The notes under the pieces were generated by a model. The model was not told the origin of the DNA and ran no database searches. It saw only the letters and a list, made by a program, of their open reading frames with translations. Source: Verrucomicrobiota bacterium (GTDB taxonomy: Bacteria; Verrucomicrobiota; Kiritimatiellia; CAJWTS01). Taken from it: a stretch of DNA of 64,000 bases. Positions 27,224 through 37,264 of the stretch are shown here, piece after piece; the first letter of the stretch is position 1, and each line of letters opens with the position of its first letter. Location of the stretch: positions 13,111-77,110 of the forward strand of contig JAQBYD010000007.1 in assembly GCA_027623315.1 (NCBI GenBank), given 5' to 3'. Made by a program: the position numbers and the translations under genes.

Positions 27224-28084
27224 ATGCGGCAACCCCTTGATTTCATGTCTCTGAAACACCACAAAATCGCCGCCAATGAGGCCGGACTTGAGTTAGTGCA
27301 GTACCTTTCGGGCCGATTGGACATCTCTCGCCGACAGGCCAAGGCCCTTCTCGACCGCCGGAATGTGCTGGTTAACCAACGTCCCGTATGGATGGCGCGG
27401 CACCGCCTGCAGGTCGGGGACCGGGTGACGGTAGAGACAAAGCGTCCGGATGCGGAGGCACTTGAGGCCAGGCATTTGCTTTTTGACCGGGATGGCTATC
27501 TCATCGTTAACAAACCGCCGGGAATCACGACCAATGGCGAGTCCAGCCTGGAAACCGCTCTGCGCACTTATCTCGATGCGCGCTCGATCCAGGCCGTTCA
27601 CCGCCTGGATAAGGATACGTCCGGATGCGTACTCTTTAGCCGCACGGGCAGCGTGCACGAGAAACTGATCGACCTCTTTAGAGAGAAGGCAATCACCAAG
27701 ACCTATCGCGCGATCGTGCACGGAACGGTGAAGCGATCCGACATGGAAATTTGCCGACCGATCGACAGTCGCCCCGCCTTCACCCGCGTGCGCCTCTTAT
27801 GCGCAGGAACCTTGGCCAGCCATCTCAGCGTACAAATCGTGACGGGGCGCACGCATCAGATCCGGAAGCACCTGGCTTCAATCCAGCATTCCGTTATCGG
27901 AGACAGGGAGTATGGGGCCGTCTCGGAGTTCGCGCGCTACGGCATGCCACCACGTCAGATGCTGCATGCGCACGCACTACGCTTCGAGTGCCCGATCACG
28001 GGACAAAGGGTCAAGGTCGAAGCCCCGCTGCCGCGAGATTTCAAGGAGTGCCTGGCTGCACTGCTGCCGAGGAGCCGCAGCTAG
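27224..28084 (+). CDS. RluA-family pseudouridine synthase with S4 domain (RluD/RluC-like)
   Basis: S4-like [20 protein letters not shown], catalytic [13 protein letters not shown], and GRTHQIRKH. Confidence 0.85.
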   Translation: MRQPLDFMSLKHHKIAANEAGLELVQYLSGRLDISRRQAKALLDRRNVLVNQRPVWMARHRLQVGDRVTVETKRPDAEALEARHLLFDRDGYLIVNKPPGITTNGESSLETALRTYLDARSIQAVHRLDKDTSGCVLFSRTGSVHEKLIDLFREKAITKTYRAIVHGTVKRSDMEICRPIDSRPAFTRVRLLCAGTLASHLSVQIVTGRTHQIRKHLASIQHSVIGDREYGAVSEFARYGMPPRQMLHAHALRFECPITGQRVKVEAPLPRDFKECLAALLPRSRS

Positions 28085-28308
28085 GAGCGGTGCCGATAGG
28101 TGATTCGGCCCTTGCTGAGATCGTAGGGTGAGATTTGGACACTGACGCGATCGCCCGTCGTGATCTTGATAAAGTGCTTGCGCATCTTGCCGGAAAGGTG
28201 AGCCAGCAACTCGTGCCCGTTCTCCAGTTTGACGCGGTACATCGTAGCCGGGAGCACCTTGGCGACGACGCCCTCCACTTGGATCATATTTTCTTTTTCA
28301 GCAGGCAT
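28081..28308 (-). CDS. infA: translation initiation factor IF-1
   Basis: 75 aa; [47 protein letters not shown] is a near-canonical S1-fold IF-1. Confidence 0.95.
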   Translation of the reverse strand: MPAEKENMIQVEGVVAKVLPATMYRVKLENGHELLAHLSGKMRKHFIKITTGDRVSVQISPYDLSKGRITYRHRS

Positions 28309-28426
28309 AAATACGTCAATTCAGCATTGAAGCTATCGACTCGCACGGCTCGAAGCAAGGCGAAACGCATATTTTTTGGGGATTGGCATGACAGGCAGAT
28401 CCAGGCTCACCGGCGCGGCCAGTTCG

Positions 28427-29086
28427 CTATCCCCTCACCGACGCAAGGATCGCTTCGACCACCGCGTCGATGCCCCGGCTCGTCGTATCCAGGATCTCGG
28501 CGCCTTCGGCAACGACCAGCGGCGCCATCTTCCTCTGAGTGTCCTTCAGATCCCGCAGGGTCAGAGAGCTCTGAACATTGCCGATCGTAGAGGCTTCATC
28601 ACGCCCCTCGTACTCCGCGTGACGCCGCCGGGCACGCTCCTCCGGATCGGCATCGAGAAAGATTTTCTTCTCGGCGTCCGGAAAGACCACCGATCCAATA
28701 TCCCGGCCCTCCATAACGAGGCCCCCGAACGGAAGCATGTCCCGCAGCCAGGCGACGACCTGGTCGCGCACCGCCGGAGTCGCGGCAACTTCGCTGACGC
28801 GCCGATTGAGGGTCTCGGTCCGTAGCGCCAGCCCTGGGTCGCGGCCGTCGACCGTGAAGCAGACCGCCCCGGCGTCGACCCGGAAGAGCACTTCCATCTC
28901 GTGCAACGACTTGATCACGCCCTCAATGTCTCCCTCCTCGACCCCATGCTCCATGGCTCGCCACGTCACGGCCCGGTAGAGGGCCCCGGAGTCCACGTAC
29001 AGGCGACCCAGTTCCGCGGCCACGCGGCGGGCAACGGTTGACTTGCCGGACGCCGACGGACCATCGATGGCGATGACCCGGCTCAT
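28427..29086 (-). CDS. cmk: (d)CMP kinase
   Basis: IAIDGPSASGKSTVARRVA, YVDSGALYR and VMEGRDIG. Confidence 0.92.
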   Translation of the reverse strand: MSRVIAIDGPSASGKSTVARRVAAELGRLYVDSGALYRAVTWRAMEHGVEEGDIEGVIKSLHEMEVLFRVDAGAVCFTVDGRDPGLALRTETLNRRVSEVAATPAVRDQVVAWLRDMLPFGGLVMEGRDIGSVVFPDAEKKIFLDADPEERARRRHAEYEGRDEASTIGNVQSSLTLRDLKDTQRKMAPLVVAEGAEILDTTSRGIDAVVEAILASVRG

Positions 29087-29137
29087 GCCGAATCTCCAGC
29101 CACCACCGGGCAGGGAGTAACCATTCGATTCTGCATG

Positions 29138-29986
29138 TCAACCCATCTTCCCTCGCAACACGCGGCTGTGCTCAAGGAAGACTCGCAGCGCGTCAAAATC
29201 TTCGCTCTCCAGAATTCCCCGCACCGACGCAAGTTGCTCCTCGAACGCTTTCAGTTCCGCGAGGACGTTTTCTCGATTCGAATTGAAGACATCATGCCAC
29301 ACGTCGCTGGGGCCTTCGGCAATTCGGGTCGAGTCGCGAAACCCCGAGCCGCAGTAGGGCTCCACATCATGCTCCCGACTCAGCACGTGGCGCACGAGCA
29401 CCGACGCCAGCAAGTGCGGAAAGTGACTGGTCGCAGCGACGATCCGATCATGTTCCGCCGGCGAGGTGGCCTGAACGATGGCGCCAAGGGAGACCCAAAA
29501 CTCCCAGAGCTGCATAATTCGAGCGTCATCCACCCCCTCTTCAGGCGTGATAATCACCACGGAATCCCGATAGAGTTCCGGATTCGCCGCCTGCAGGCCA
29601 CTCTCCTCGGAGCCCGCCATCGGGTGACTTCCAATGTACAGCGCATCCACCCCATCCAACGCGGTCGTCAGCGAGGCGTGTAGATCGCGCTTGGTGCTTC
29701 CCACATCCGTGACCAGCGCGCCTCCTTGCAGGGCGTTTCGGCACTCGACAAGGCATGGCTCCATCGCCAGGACGGGCAAACAGAGCGCCACGACGTCGGC
29801 CTCGCGCACACAGGCGGACGGTGACTCAAACGCTTCATCCACGATGCCTTGCGCAAGCGCCGCATCTCGCGTCTCCGCACGGCGTGCGTAGCCCAGCACG
29901 CGGTCGGCCCGGGCGCCTCGCTTGAGCGCAGCGCCAAGCGAGCCACCCATCAAGCCCAACCCGATAATGGCGATATTCACAGACAC
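29138..29986 (-). CDS. tyrA: prephenate/arogenate dehydrogenase
   Basis: IAIIGLGLMGGSLGAAL Rossmann start, GSHPMAG, and a C-terminal dimerisation domain. It sits in an operon with an aminotransferase and chorismate mutase. Confidence 0.85.
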   Translation of the reverse strand: MSVNIAIIGLGLMGGSLGAALKRGARADRVLGYARRAETRDAALAQGIVDEAFESPSACVREADVVALCLPVLAMEPCLVECRNALQGGALVTDVGSTKRDLHASLTTALDGVDALYIGSHPMAGSEESGLQAANPELYRDSVVIITPEEGVDDARIMQLWEFWVSLGAIVQATSPAEHDRIVAATSHFPHLLASVLVRHVLSREHDVEPYCGSGFRDSTRIAEGPSDVWHDVFNSNRENVLAELKAFEEQLASVRGILESEDFDALRVFLEHSRVLRGKMG

Positions 29987-31074
29987 TCCTCAAGCGCCGC
30001 CAGGCATCGCTCATTCTGTTCCGGTAGCCCCACCGTAATCCGAATATGGCGCGGCATTCCATAGACGTCCATCGGTCTGACGATGATACCGCGTGCCTGC
30101 AATTTCTCAAACGTCGATCTCCCAGCGCCGACCTCCACGCAGATGAAATTTGCCACCGAGGGAATGTAGGGAAGCCCTAAATCCTCGAACGCGTCTTGAA
30201 ATCGAGCCAATCCGCTCTGCACAAGCTCACGCGTGCGCTCCACATGCTCCTCATCGCCCAACGCCGCGATGGCGGCTGCCTGGGCCATGGCGTTGACGTT
30301 AAAGGGCTGGCGCACCCGCTGCAGTAGCTGGATCAAGTCGGGCGGCGCCACGGCGTAGCCGATTCGCAATCCGGCCAGGCCATAGGTCTTGGAGAACGTG
30401 CGCATGATCACGACGCGTCTTCCCTCACGAACGTACCGTAGGACGTCGGGTTGCAGTCGCTTCGGCAGCAGTTCAATGTACGCCTCATCCAACACCGCTA
30501 CGACATGGTCCGGGAGTCCACGCACAAACGCATGCAGGGCTTCCGGATCGACCACCGTGCCCGTCGGATTGTTCGGGTTGGCCACGTAGACCAGCCGCGT
30601 TTGCGGGGTCAGCGCGCGGGCCTGCCCGCACAAGTCGTGCACATGATCGGGCATGGGCACCGATATAACATCCGCCTGAAACAAGTTGGCCACCAAGCGG
30701 TAGACCACGAAAGCCCTCTCACCCATCACCACGTTGGTGCCGGGACCGAGGAAGACGTGCCCCAGCAGCTCGATGATCTCGTTGCTGCCGTTTGCGGCGA
30801 TGATCGATTCCGGCGAGATATCAAGCTTGCCCGCCAAGGCCCGGGTCAGGTCAAACGCGGCACCGTCCGGGTAAAGATGCATGCGTGAGGCGTGCTGCCG
30901 GATCGCCTCGAGGGCGAGTGGTGACGGTCCCAGGGCGTTCTCGTTCGACGCGAGCTTATCGGCAGTGGCTGCCTCGAAGCCAAATTCTCGCGACACCTCT
31001 TCAAGGGGGCGGCCAGGCTCGTATAGGGGAAGGTTTGGGATGTGTGAGTGGGCCGTATCTGAGAACGTGGTCAC
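29977..31074 (-). CDS. hisC: histidinol-phosphate/aromatic aminotransferase (class II PLP)
   Basis: LASNENALGPSP, NPNNPTG and RTFSKTYGLAGLRIGY (PLP lysine). It is embedded between tyrA and chorismate mutase, so an aromatic aminotransferase role is possible. Confidence 0.85.
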   Translation of the reverse strand: MTTFSDTAHSHIPNLPLYEPGRPLEEVSREFGFEAATADKLASNENALGPSPLALEAIRQHASRMHLYPDGAAFDLTRALAGKLDISPESIIAANGSNEIIELLGHVFLGPGTNVVMGERAFVVYRLVANLFQADVISVPMPDHVHDLCGQARALTPQTRLVYVANPNNPTGTVVDPEALHAFVRGLPDHVVAVLDEAYIELLPKRLQPDVLRYVREGRRVVIMRTFSKTYGLAGLRIGYAVAPPDLIQLLQRVRQPFNVNAMAQAAAIAALGDEEHVERTRELVQSGLARFQDAFEDLGLPYIPSVANFICVEVGAGRSTFEKLQARGIIVRPMDVYGMPRHIRITVGLPEQNERCLAALEECL

Positions 31075-31340
31075 TCACCCTCCTCCTGAATACGGCGCTG
31101 CGCTTCACGTGAGACATCGAGAATCTCGCCATAGATCTGTGCGAGCTCCTCCTCGCCGAGCGGTCCAGCGCTGATCGCGCCCAGTCGCTTCAGGATCTCG
31201 CGCTCCCGGTCCGGGTCATGAGGTTCCGACTGCGCAACCTTCTTGAGTTCGCCAATTTCCAGAATCAGTGCCTGGCGGTCGTTCAACAGGCGCACGAGTT
31301 CATCGTCGATGCGATCGATGCGGGATCTTAGTTCATCCAT
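31071..31340 (-). CDS. chorismate mutase (AroQ class)
   Basis: ATG at 31340 is preceded by GGGAGG. MDELRSRIDRIDDELVRLLNDRQALILEIGELK is a typical CM_2 helix 1. The track start at 31394 is probably too early. Confidence 0.8.
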   Translation of the reverse strand: MDELRSRIDRIDDELVRLLNDRQALILEIGELKKVAQSEPHDPDREREILKRLGAISAGPLGEEELAQIYGEILDVSREAQRRIQEEGE

Positions 31341-31400
31341 GCGGCCTCCCATTCTCAACCCCCTGACTGCTTGAGGCTGAACGCCGCTTTCCACTTATCG

Positions 31401-32312
31401 TCAGTCGTCATCGTCGTCGTCATCCTCCTCCTCGTCAGGATCATCCTCGTCGGGATCAGCCTCGTCGGGATCAGCCACCTCCCCGGCACGATCTTCTGAA
31501 GCCGTGCTCGCGCCGGAGGCTTGTGTGGAGCGCCCGGGTGCGGCGCCAGCATCCCGTTCATCGTCGCGTTGATCCATCTCCGACTCCGCCCCGGCATCTG
31601 CGGCTGCTGGTCCCTCCGCCCCTGTTGACACGTCCGCACCTGGCGCGGCTGCCTCGTCGCCCGCCGACTCCGCGAGCACCTTTTCTGCTCGTTCCTGCTC
31701 CTCCTTGGCTGTGATGCGATCCGCCTCCGCACGCGAAAGGGCATCAATACCGGGTAGTTCCTTGACCTCCTTAAGGCCGAAGTGCTCCAGAAAGTACTGC
31801 GTTGTGCCATACATTAATGGTCGCCCCGGGAGGTCGCTACGCCCGACAAGCTTAATCAACTGGCCCTCCATCAGTGTACGCAGAATGTGATCCACATTGA
31901 CGCCGCGCACACCCTCGATCTCTGATCGGACCACCGGTTGCCGATAGGCGATAATGGCGAGCGTCTCCAGCGCCGGACGAGAGAGTCGGCTCTGGCGACC
32001 GATCTGCAGAAGGGACTTCAGCCACGGCCCACAGTTCGGATCCGTCTGAATTCGATATCCGTCCGAAAACTCGATCAAGTGAAGCCCGAGCCCCAATTTC
32101 TCAAACTGCTTCTCCAACCCGTCAAGCGCCTGGCGAATGTCCTTCTCCTTCAGCACCGAGAAATCGGTGCCGCCATTCGATTTTCCGACCTCCGCGAGCA
32201 CCTTCGCGATCGAGCGGATGGTAAGGGGATCCCTGGATGCGAATATCATGGCACCCAAGACGGTCTTGAGGTCCGTTGCTTCGGAATCTTGTGCTTCTTT
32301 CTTTTCAGGCAT
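31401..32312 (-). CDS. scpB: segregation and condensation protein B with acidic C-terminal tail
   Basis: LETLAIIAYRQPVVRSEIEGVRGV and GRPLMYGTTQYFLEHFGL; the C-terminus ends DPDEADPDEDDPDEEEDDDDDDD. Confidence 0.88.
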   Translation of the reverse strand: MPEKKEAQDSEATDLKTVLGAMIFASRDPLTIRSIAKVLAEVGKSNGGTDFSVLKEKDIRQALDGLEKQFEKLGLGLHLIEFSDGYRIQTDPNCGPWLKSLLQIGRQSRLSRPALETLAIIAYRQPVVRSEIEGVRGVNVDHILRTLMEGQLIKLVGRSDLPGRPLMYGTTQYFLEHFGLKEVKELPGIDALSRAEADRITAKEEQERAEKVLAESAGDEAAAPGADVSTGAEGPAAADAGAESEMDQRDDERDAGAAPGRSTQASGASTASEDRAGEVADPDEADPDEDDPDEEEDDDDDDD

Positions 32313-32318
32313 ATCGAT

Positions 32319-33059
32319 TTACTCCACGAATCGCTCGATGTAGATCTCTCCAAGCGCTTGTCTCTGCGTCACCTTGATTTGGCGGAGACGGATCAACTCG
32401 AGGAGCGCTAGAAAGATAGTGGCTATTTCGTGTCGGCTCGCACTCTCCTCAAACAGAGATATAAAAGTGACCTTTGCCTCGCCTTTCGCGACATCAAGGA
32501 TAGCCGCAATCTTCTCCTCAACCGAGAATTCTTCTGCAAAAATTTCCGCACCCTCGCGTTCCGCAACACGCTCCAGGACCTGGTTAAACGCGGAAAGCAG
32601 ATCGAAAATACTGACGTCGCCCAGGGTCAAGGCCGGTTGATCGATCTCGATATCGATCGGGTCGTCAACGGCACCACTCCCGAAGACATTCTGACGCATG
32701 GCCTCGAGATCCTCGAGATGCGATGCCGCGCTCTTGAATTTCTTATACTCGACAAGTTGACGGACCAAGTCCCAGCGCGGATCGTCCTCCTCCTCGTCTT
32801 CAAAGTCAATACGATCATCAACGGGGAGCAGCATACGGCTCTTAATCATCATCAGCGTCGCGGCCATTACGATAAATTCACCAGCGATATTGAGATCCAA
32901 CATCGTCATCAGGTCCAGGTATTGCACGTACTGATTCGTGATCTGCTCGATCGGGATATCATAAATATCGACTTCATCCCGCTTGATCAGGTAGAGCAGG
33001 AGATCAAGGGGGCCCTCAAAGACTTCGAGCTGAACTTTGTAGTCGCCGCTGAGTTCCAT
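32319..33059 (-). CDS. scpA: segregation and condensation protein A
   Basis: FEGPLDLLLYLIKRDEVDIYDIPI kleisin N-terminus; 246 aa; directly upstream of scpB. Confidence 0.88.
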   Translation of the reverse strand: MELSGDYKVQLEVFEGPLDLLLYLIKRDEVDIYDIPIEQITNQYVQYLDLMTMLDLNIAGEFIVMAATLMMIKSRMLLPVDDRIDFEDEEEDDPRWDLVRQLVEYKKFKSAASHLEDLEAMRQNVFGSGAVDDPIDIEIDQPALTLGDVSIFDLLSAFNQVLERVAEREGAEIFAEEFSVEEKIAAILDVAKGEAKVTFISLFEESASRHEIATIFLALLELIRLRQIKVTQRQALGEIYIERFVE

Positions 33060-33062
33060 CGC

Positions 33063-34025
33063 CTACTCCAACCCCATGGCTTGACGAGCTTTGCTTAACG
33101 TTCGCCTGGCTTCCGCGCGAGCCTTCTGCGCTCCGGCCTCGAGCACGCTCTGGACGTATGCAGGGTCGGAGGCCAGCGCTTCGCGTTTCTGCCTGAAGGG
33201 GGCGAACGTTTCCGTCGCAAGTTCGAGCAGGGCTTTCTTGGCATCGCCGTACCCCATGCCGCCGGCACGGTAACGCTCGGCGAGAGCTTCCGTCTGATCG
33301 CTGGACGCGAACAATTTGTAGAGTGCGAACACGTTACAGGTATCCGGATCTTTGGGATCCTCCAGCGATGTGCTATCGGTCACGATCTTCATGACGCGCG
33401 ACTTCGTCTCCTTCGGAGAACCAAAGAGCTCAACGTGATTGTCGTAGGATTTCGACATCTTACGCCCGTCGATTCCCGGCACCACGGCCACCGCGGCCCG
33501 TATGGACGGCTCCGGGACCGTAAAGACTTCCCCGTATGCGTTATTGAATTTAATCGCGATATCCCGGGTCACTTCGATGTGCTGCTTCTGGTCCTGACCG
33601 ACCGGAACCGTGTTCGCCTGGAATGATAGAATATCAGCCGCCATCAGGACCGGATAGGCAAACAAGGCGTGACTCGGGGCGACACCACTGGCGACCTTGT
33701 CCTTGTAGGAGTGACAGCGCTCGAGGAGCCCCATGGGGGTCACGGCCGAGAGTAACCACGTGAGTTCCGTGACTTCAGGGACGTCGGATTGGCGAAAAAA
33801 CACGGTCTTGTCCGGATCCAGACCACACGCCAGAAAATCAAGTGCCACGTCCAGCGTTCCGGCGCGGAGCAACTCCGGATCATCCACGGTGGTCAGGGCG
33901 TGGTAATTCGCAATAAAGATGTAGGATTCGGCCTTAGCCTGTAGCTCGATCGTCGGCTTCATCATGGCGAAGTAGTTTCCCCAGTGAAGCCTGCCGGAAG
34001 GTTGGATGCCTGATAGGACTCTCAT
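33063..34025 (-). CDS. trpS: tryptophan--tRNA ligase
   Basis: SGIQPSGRLHWGNY (HIGH variant) and KMSKS; 320 aa. Confidence 0.95.
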   Translation of the reverse strand: MRVLSGIQPSGRLHWGNYFAMMKPTIELQAKAESYIFIANYHALTTVDDPELLRAGTLDVALDFLACGLDPDKTVFFRQSDVPEVTELTWLLSAVTPMGLLERCHSYKDKVASGVAPSHALFAYPVLMAADILSFQANTVPVGQDQKQHIEVTRDIAIKFNNAYGEVFTVPEPSIRAAVAVVPGIDGRKMSKSYDNHVELFGSPKETKSRVMKIVTDSTSLEDPKDPDTCNVFALYKLFASSDQTEALAERYRAGGMGYGDAKKALLELATETFAPFRQKREALASDPAYVQSVLEAGAQKARAEARRTLSKARQAMGLE

Positions 34026-34114
34026 GCTAATCGAATTTACTCAGAGACACGCATGGTGGCAAGGCCAAGGTTCAATTGACACACCTCATCGGCTTTGCCA
34101 GACTTTTCTCCGTC

Positions 34115-35326
34115 ATGGGGACCCCAAAAGCAATCATCTTTCTCGGTGACGGAATGGCCGACGAGCCCATCCCTGAGCTCGACGACAAAACGCCGCTACA
34201 ACATGCTCACACCCCGGCCATGGACAGCATTGCGCGTGACGGCTGCAGCGGCACGCTCCTGACTCTCCCCGAAGGATTTCCAACGAGTAGCGACGTGGCC
34301 AACATGTCGGTGCTGGGATGTGATCTGGCGACCGAGTTTACCGGACGTGGCCCGCTCGAGGCGGCCGGCCGCCGGATTGTGCTTGGACCTGACGATATCG
34401 CTCTGCGCCTGAACCTCACGACCCAGGAGGGCGACATTCTAAAGGACTACTCGGCAGGACATATTGAGCCGCAGGACGCCAGAGCGTTGCTCGAGTACCT
34501 CAGCGCGCAGTTCGAGCATGCAGATATCTGCTTCTATCCGGGTGTCAGTTTTCGAAACTTGCTCGTCATCTCCGGCGAGACCTATAGCGATCGGGTCGCG
34601 ACCGACAAACCGGATGATAACGTGGGAAATGCAGTCTCTCAACATCTTCCGAAGGCGATGGATCCGGGGGCCGAGGCGACCGTAAAGATTCTACGCGACC
34701 TGATCGTGGCTGCCCCACAAATCCTCGCACCTCACCCGGTCAATCAACGTCGAATCGCCGAGGGAAAGCCCCCGGCCAACGGGGTCTGGCCCTGGAGTCC
34801 CGGCCGCGCCGGGGCTCTGCGGACGCTGCAGAGCCGATACGGCGTTCACGGTGCCGTGATCTCCGCGGTGGACGTGATCACCGGCCTCGGCGTCTGTCTC
34901 GGCATGCAGATCATTCCCGTCGACGGAGCCACCGGCTACATCGACACAAACTACGAAGGGAAAGCCGACGCGGCCGTCGCGGCGCTCCATAATCACGACT
35001 TCGTCTTTCTGCATGTCGAAGCCATGGACGAAGTTTCACACGAGCAGGATCTAAAGAAGAAGCTGCAGGCGATCGAAGATTTCGATCGTCGCGTGGTCGG
35101 ACGGGTCCTGGATGCCATCGATCACGGAGTTACCGTGGCCGTCCTACCCGATCACCCCGTCCCCCTCGCGTCGGGGGTCCATACCCGTACGCCCGTTCCG
35201 GTAGCGCTACGCAAGAGCGGCATGCCCGCCGATGCCGTGACCACATTCGACGAGATCGCCTGCAAGCGTGGTTCGCTGGGAGCGATGCAGACCGATGGCC
35301 TGATGAAGGCCATCTTCGAAGCCTAG
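34115..35326 (+). CDS. apgM: cofactor-independent phosphoglycerate mutase (ApgM/archaeal type)
   Basis: ATG at 34115 gives MGTPKAIIFLGDGMADEP. TPAMD and HVEAMDEVSHE are metalloenzyme-superfamily motifs. The track start is 13 codons earlier, at 34076. Confidence 0.85.
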   Translation: MGTPKAIIFLGDGMADEPIPELDDKTPLQHAHTPAMDSIARDGCSGTLLTLPEGFPTSSDVANMSVLGCDLATEFTGRGPLEAAGRRIVLGPDDIALRLNLTTQEGDILKDYSAGHIEPQDARALLEYLSAQFEHADICFYPGVSFRNLLVISGETYSDRVATDKPDDNVGNAVSQHLPKAMDPGAEATVKILRDLIVAAPQILAPHPVNQRRIAEGKPPANGVWPWSPGRAGALRTLQSRYGVHGAVISAVDVITGLGVCLGMQIIPVDGATGYIDTNYEGKADAAVAALHNHDFVFLHVEAMDEVSHEQDLKKKLQAIEDFDRRVVGRVLDAIDHGVTVAVLPDHPVPLASGVHTRTPVPVALRKSGMPADAVTTFDEIACKRGSLGAMQTDGLMKAIFEA

Positions 35327-36000
35327 GCGATCGCGCCGCCGTCGATCCTGACCGCCCGGTCGCATTGAGCCGCCAGCGCCTCGTCGTGCGTGACAATCAC
35401 GAGCGTTCGCTCCGCGTGACGACTCAGCTCAAAAAGGGCCTCAACCACCCGCCCCCCAGTCTGCGCATCGAGATTACCGGTCGGCTCGTCGGCGAGGATC
35501 AGGCGTGGATCGTTCATGAGCGCTCGCGCAACGGCCGCGCGTTGCTGTTCGCCTCCGGAGAGTTCCAGGGGCGTGTGATGCGCGCGGTCACGAAGACCGA
35601 CGGCTTCCAGCAACTGCATCGCACGTTCGTGGCGCTGCGCCGGGTCACCCTCGTAGCAGAGCCGGTTCATCGCAGGCAACATAACGTTTTCAGCGACATC
35701 GAGTTCGGGAAGCAGGTGATATGATTGGAAGACGAAGCCGATCTCGCGGCCACGAATCCGGGCGCGCATGCGTGAGGACGCGGCATACAGGTCCCGGCCG
35801 CCAAGCGTTACGCTTCCCGAATCGGGTTGATCCAACCCACCCAGGATGTGCAAAAGCGTACTCTTGCCGGCTCCGCTCACGCCCACAATGGCGACACTCT
35901 CTCCGGCCTGCACAGAAAGCGACGCACCGCTGAGCACGTTCACCGTCTGCTTCTCCACGGTATAGCGCTTGTGCAGATCCCTGGCTTCGAGCATCGTCAT
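35323..36000 (-). CDS. lolD: lipoprotein-releasing ABC transporter ATP-binding protein
   Basis: [17 protein letters not shown] and [12 protein letters not shown]. It lies directly downstream of a LolC/E-type permease gene. Confidence 0.8.
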   Translation of the reverse strand: MTMLEARDLHKRYTVEKQTVNVLSGASLSVQAGESVAIVGVSGAGKSTLLHILGGLDQPDSGSVTLGGRDLYAASSRMRARIRGREIGFVFQSYHLLPELDVAENVMLPAMNRLCYEGDPAQRHERAMQLLEAVGLRDRAHHTPLELSGGEQQRAAVARALMNDPRLILADEPTGNLDAQTGGRVVEALFELSRHAERTLVIVTHDEALAAQCDRAVRIDGGAIA

Positions 36001-36018
36001 GTGATCATTCCGTATGGT

Positions 36019-37245
36019 CTATTCATGCCGCAGCGCGTCCGCCGGGTTGAGGGCGGCAGCGCGATAGGAGGACAGAACGCTTGCGAGTGTGCACAGGACA
36101 TTCACGACGATGGCAATCGCGATCACATCGCGCCAGTTGGTCTCGGCCGGGAGCTCGCTGATTCCATAGATTCCTTTAGGGAAAATCTCCACATTCCAAT
36201 GCGTCAGCCACTGCACGATCGAATTAAGATTTTCGACGACCAGGATGCCCAGCCCGATACCGAAGAGCGTTCCGACCACGCCCTGGATCCATCCATGCCA
36301 GACGAAAACCCCCATAATCTTGGCCGAGGAGTATCCCAGCGCCTTCAGCAATCCGATTTCGTGAGTCTTCTGGACGGTGATCACGATCAGTGTGTTTGCT
36401 ACGCAGAAAACCGCCACGATTGAAATGAACACCAGCAGGGCAAACATGATCGTCTTCTCGTTGCGAAGCGCAGCGAAAAGCAGGCTGTCCTCTTCCTTCC
36501 AGGTGCGCACGTCGTACCCCTGTCCCAGTTCCAGCCGAAGGTCCTCCGCGCGCTCGGCGAAGCGGAAGGCATCGTCGGTCATCACGTAGATCAACTGGGC
36601 GCCCTCTTCGACGCCGCTCAGGTCGCGCGCCATATCGAGAGAAGTGAGCACGAACCGGGAATCATAGGCACTCATGCCCATGTCGAAAATCCCGGCGACA
36701 ACGGCCTCCTCGGGCAGGTGAATCTCGTCCTCGCTCATGACGTTCATCGGGGAGTACAGCAGGCAGGTATCCCCGAGACGTAGATTAAGTGTACGGGCCA
36801 GGTCCACGCCGATCACCACGTGATTGCCCGAGATATTGAACGTTCCCTGCGTGATCGAGGAGCCGACTCCGGTGACACGTTCGGCGCGTTCGGGCGTGAT
36901 GCCCAGCACGAAGGGAGCGTCGAAGCGATCATGGTTCTGGATCAGCGTTAGAATATGAATCACCGGGGCGGCGCCCTCAAAACCGGCAAGGCTCTCGATG
37001 CGATCGCTCAATTCCTCCTCCTCCGTGACGAGTCCCATGGATCCGTAGACCGTCAGGTGCGGCTTGAAGCTCAGGATCTTGTCGCGCCACATGTTGTCGA
37101 ACCCGGTCATCACCGACAATACGATGACGAGAATGGCCACGCCGAGCACGACGCCGATTACGGAAATGACGGTGACGACCGAGATGAAAGACCGCTTCGG
37201 CCTCAGGTACTTGAGCGCAAGGAATAGCGAAAATGGTATCGGCAT
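36019..37245 (-). CDS. lipoprotein-releasing ABC transporter permease (LolC/LolE family)
   Basis: 408 aa; LALKYLRPKR N-terminus, a large periplasmic MacB-like domain, and a C-terminal FtsX 3-TM module. Confidence 0.8.
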   Translation of the reverse strand: MPIPFSLFLALKYLRPKRSFISVVTVISVIGVVLGVAILVIVLSVMTGFDNMWRDKILSFKPHLTVYGSMGLVTEEEELSDRIESLAGFEGAAPVIHILTLIQNHDRFDAPFVLGITPERAERVTGVGSSITQGTFNISGNHVVIGVDLARTLNLRLGDTCLLYSPMNVMSEDEIHLPEEAVVAGIFDMGMSAYDSRFVLTSLDMARDLSGVEEGAQLIYVMTDDAFRFAERAEDLRLELGQGYDVRTWKEEDSLLFAALRNEKTIMFALLVFISIVAVFCVANTLIVITVQKTHEIGLLKALGYSSAKIMGVFVWHGWIQGVVGTLFGIGLGILVVENLNSIVQWLTHWNVEIFPKGIYGISELPAETNWRDVIAIAIVVNVLCTLASVLSSYRAAALNPADALRHE

Positions 37246-37264
37246 GACTCCGGGCCGCGCGGCG

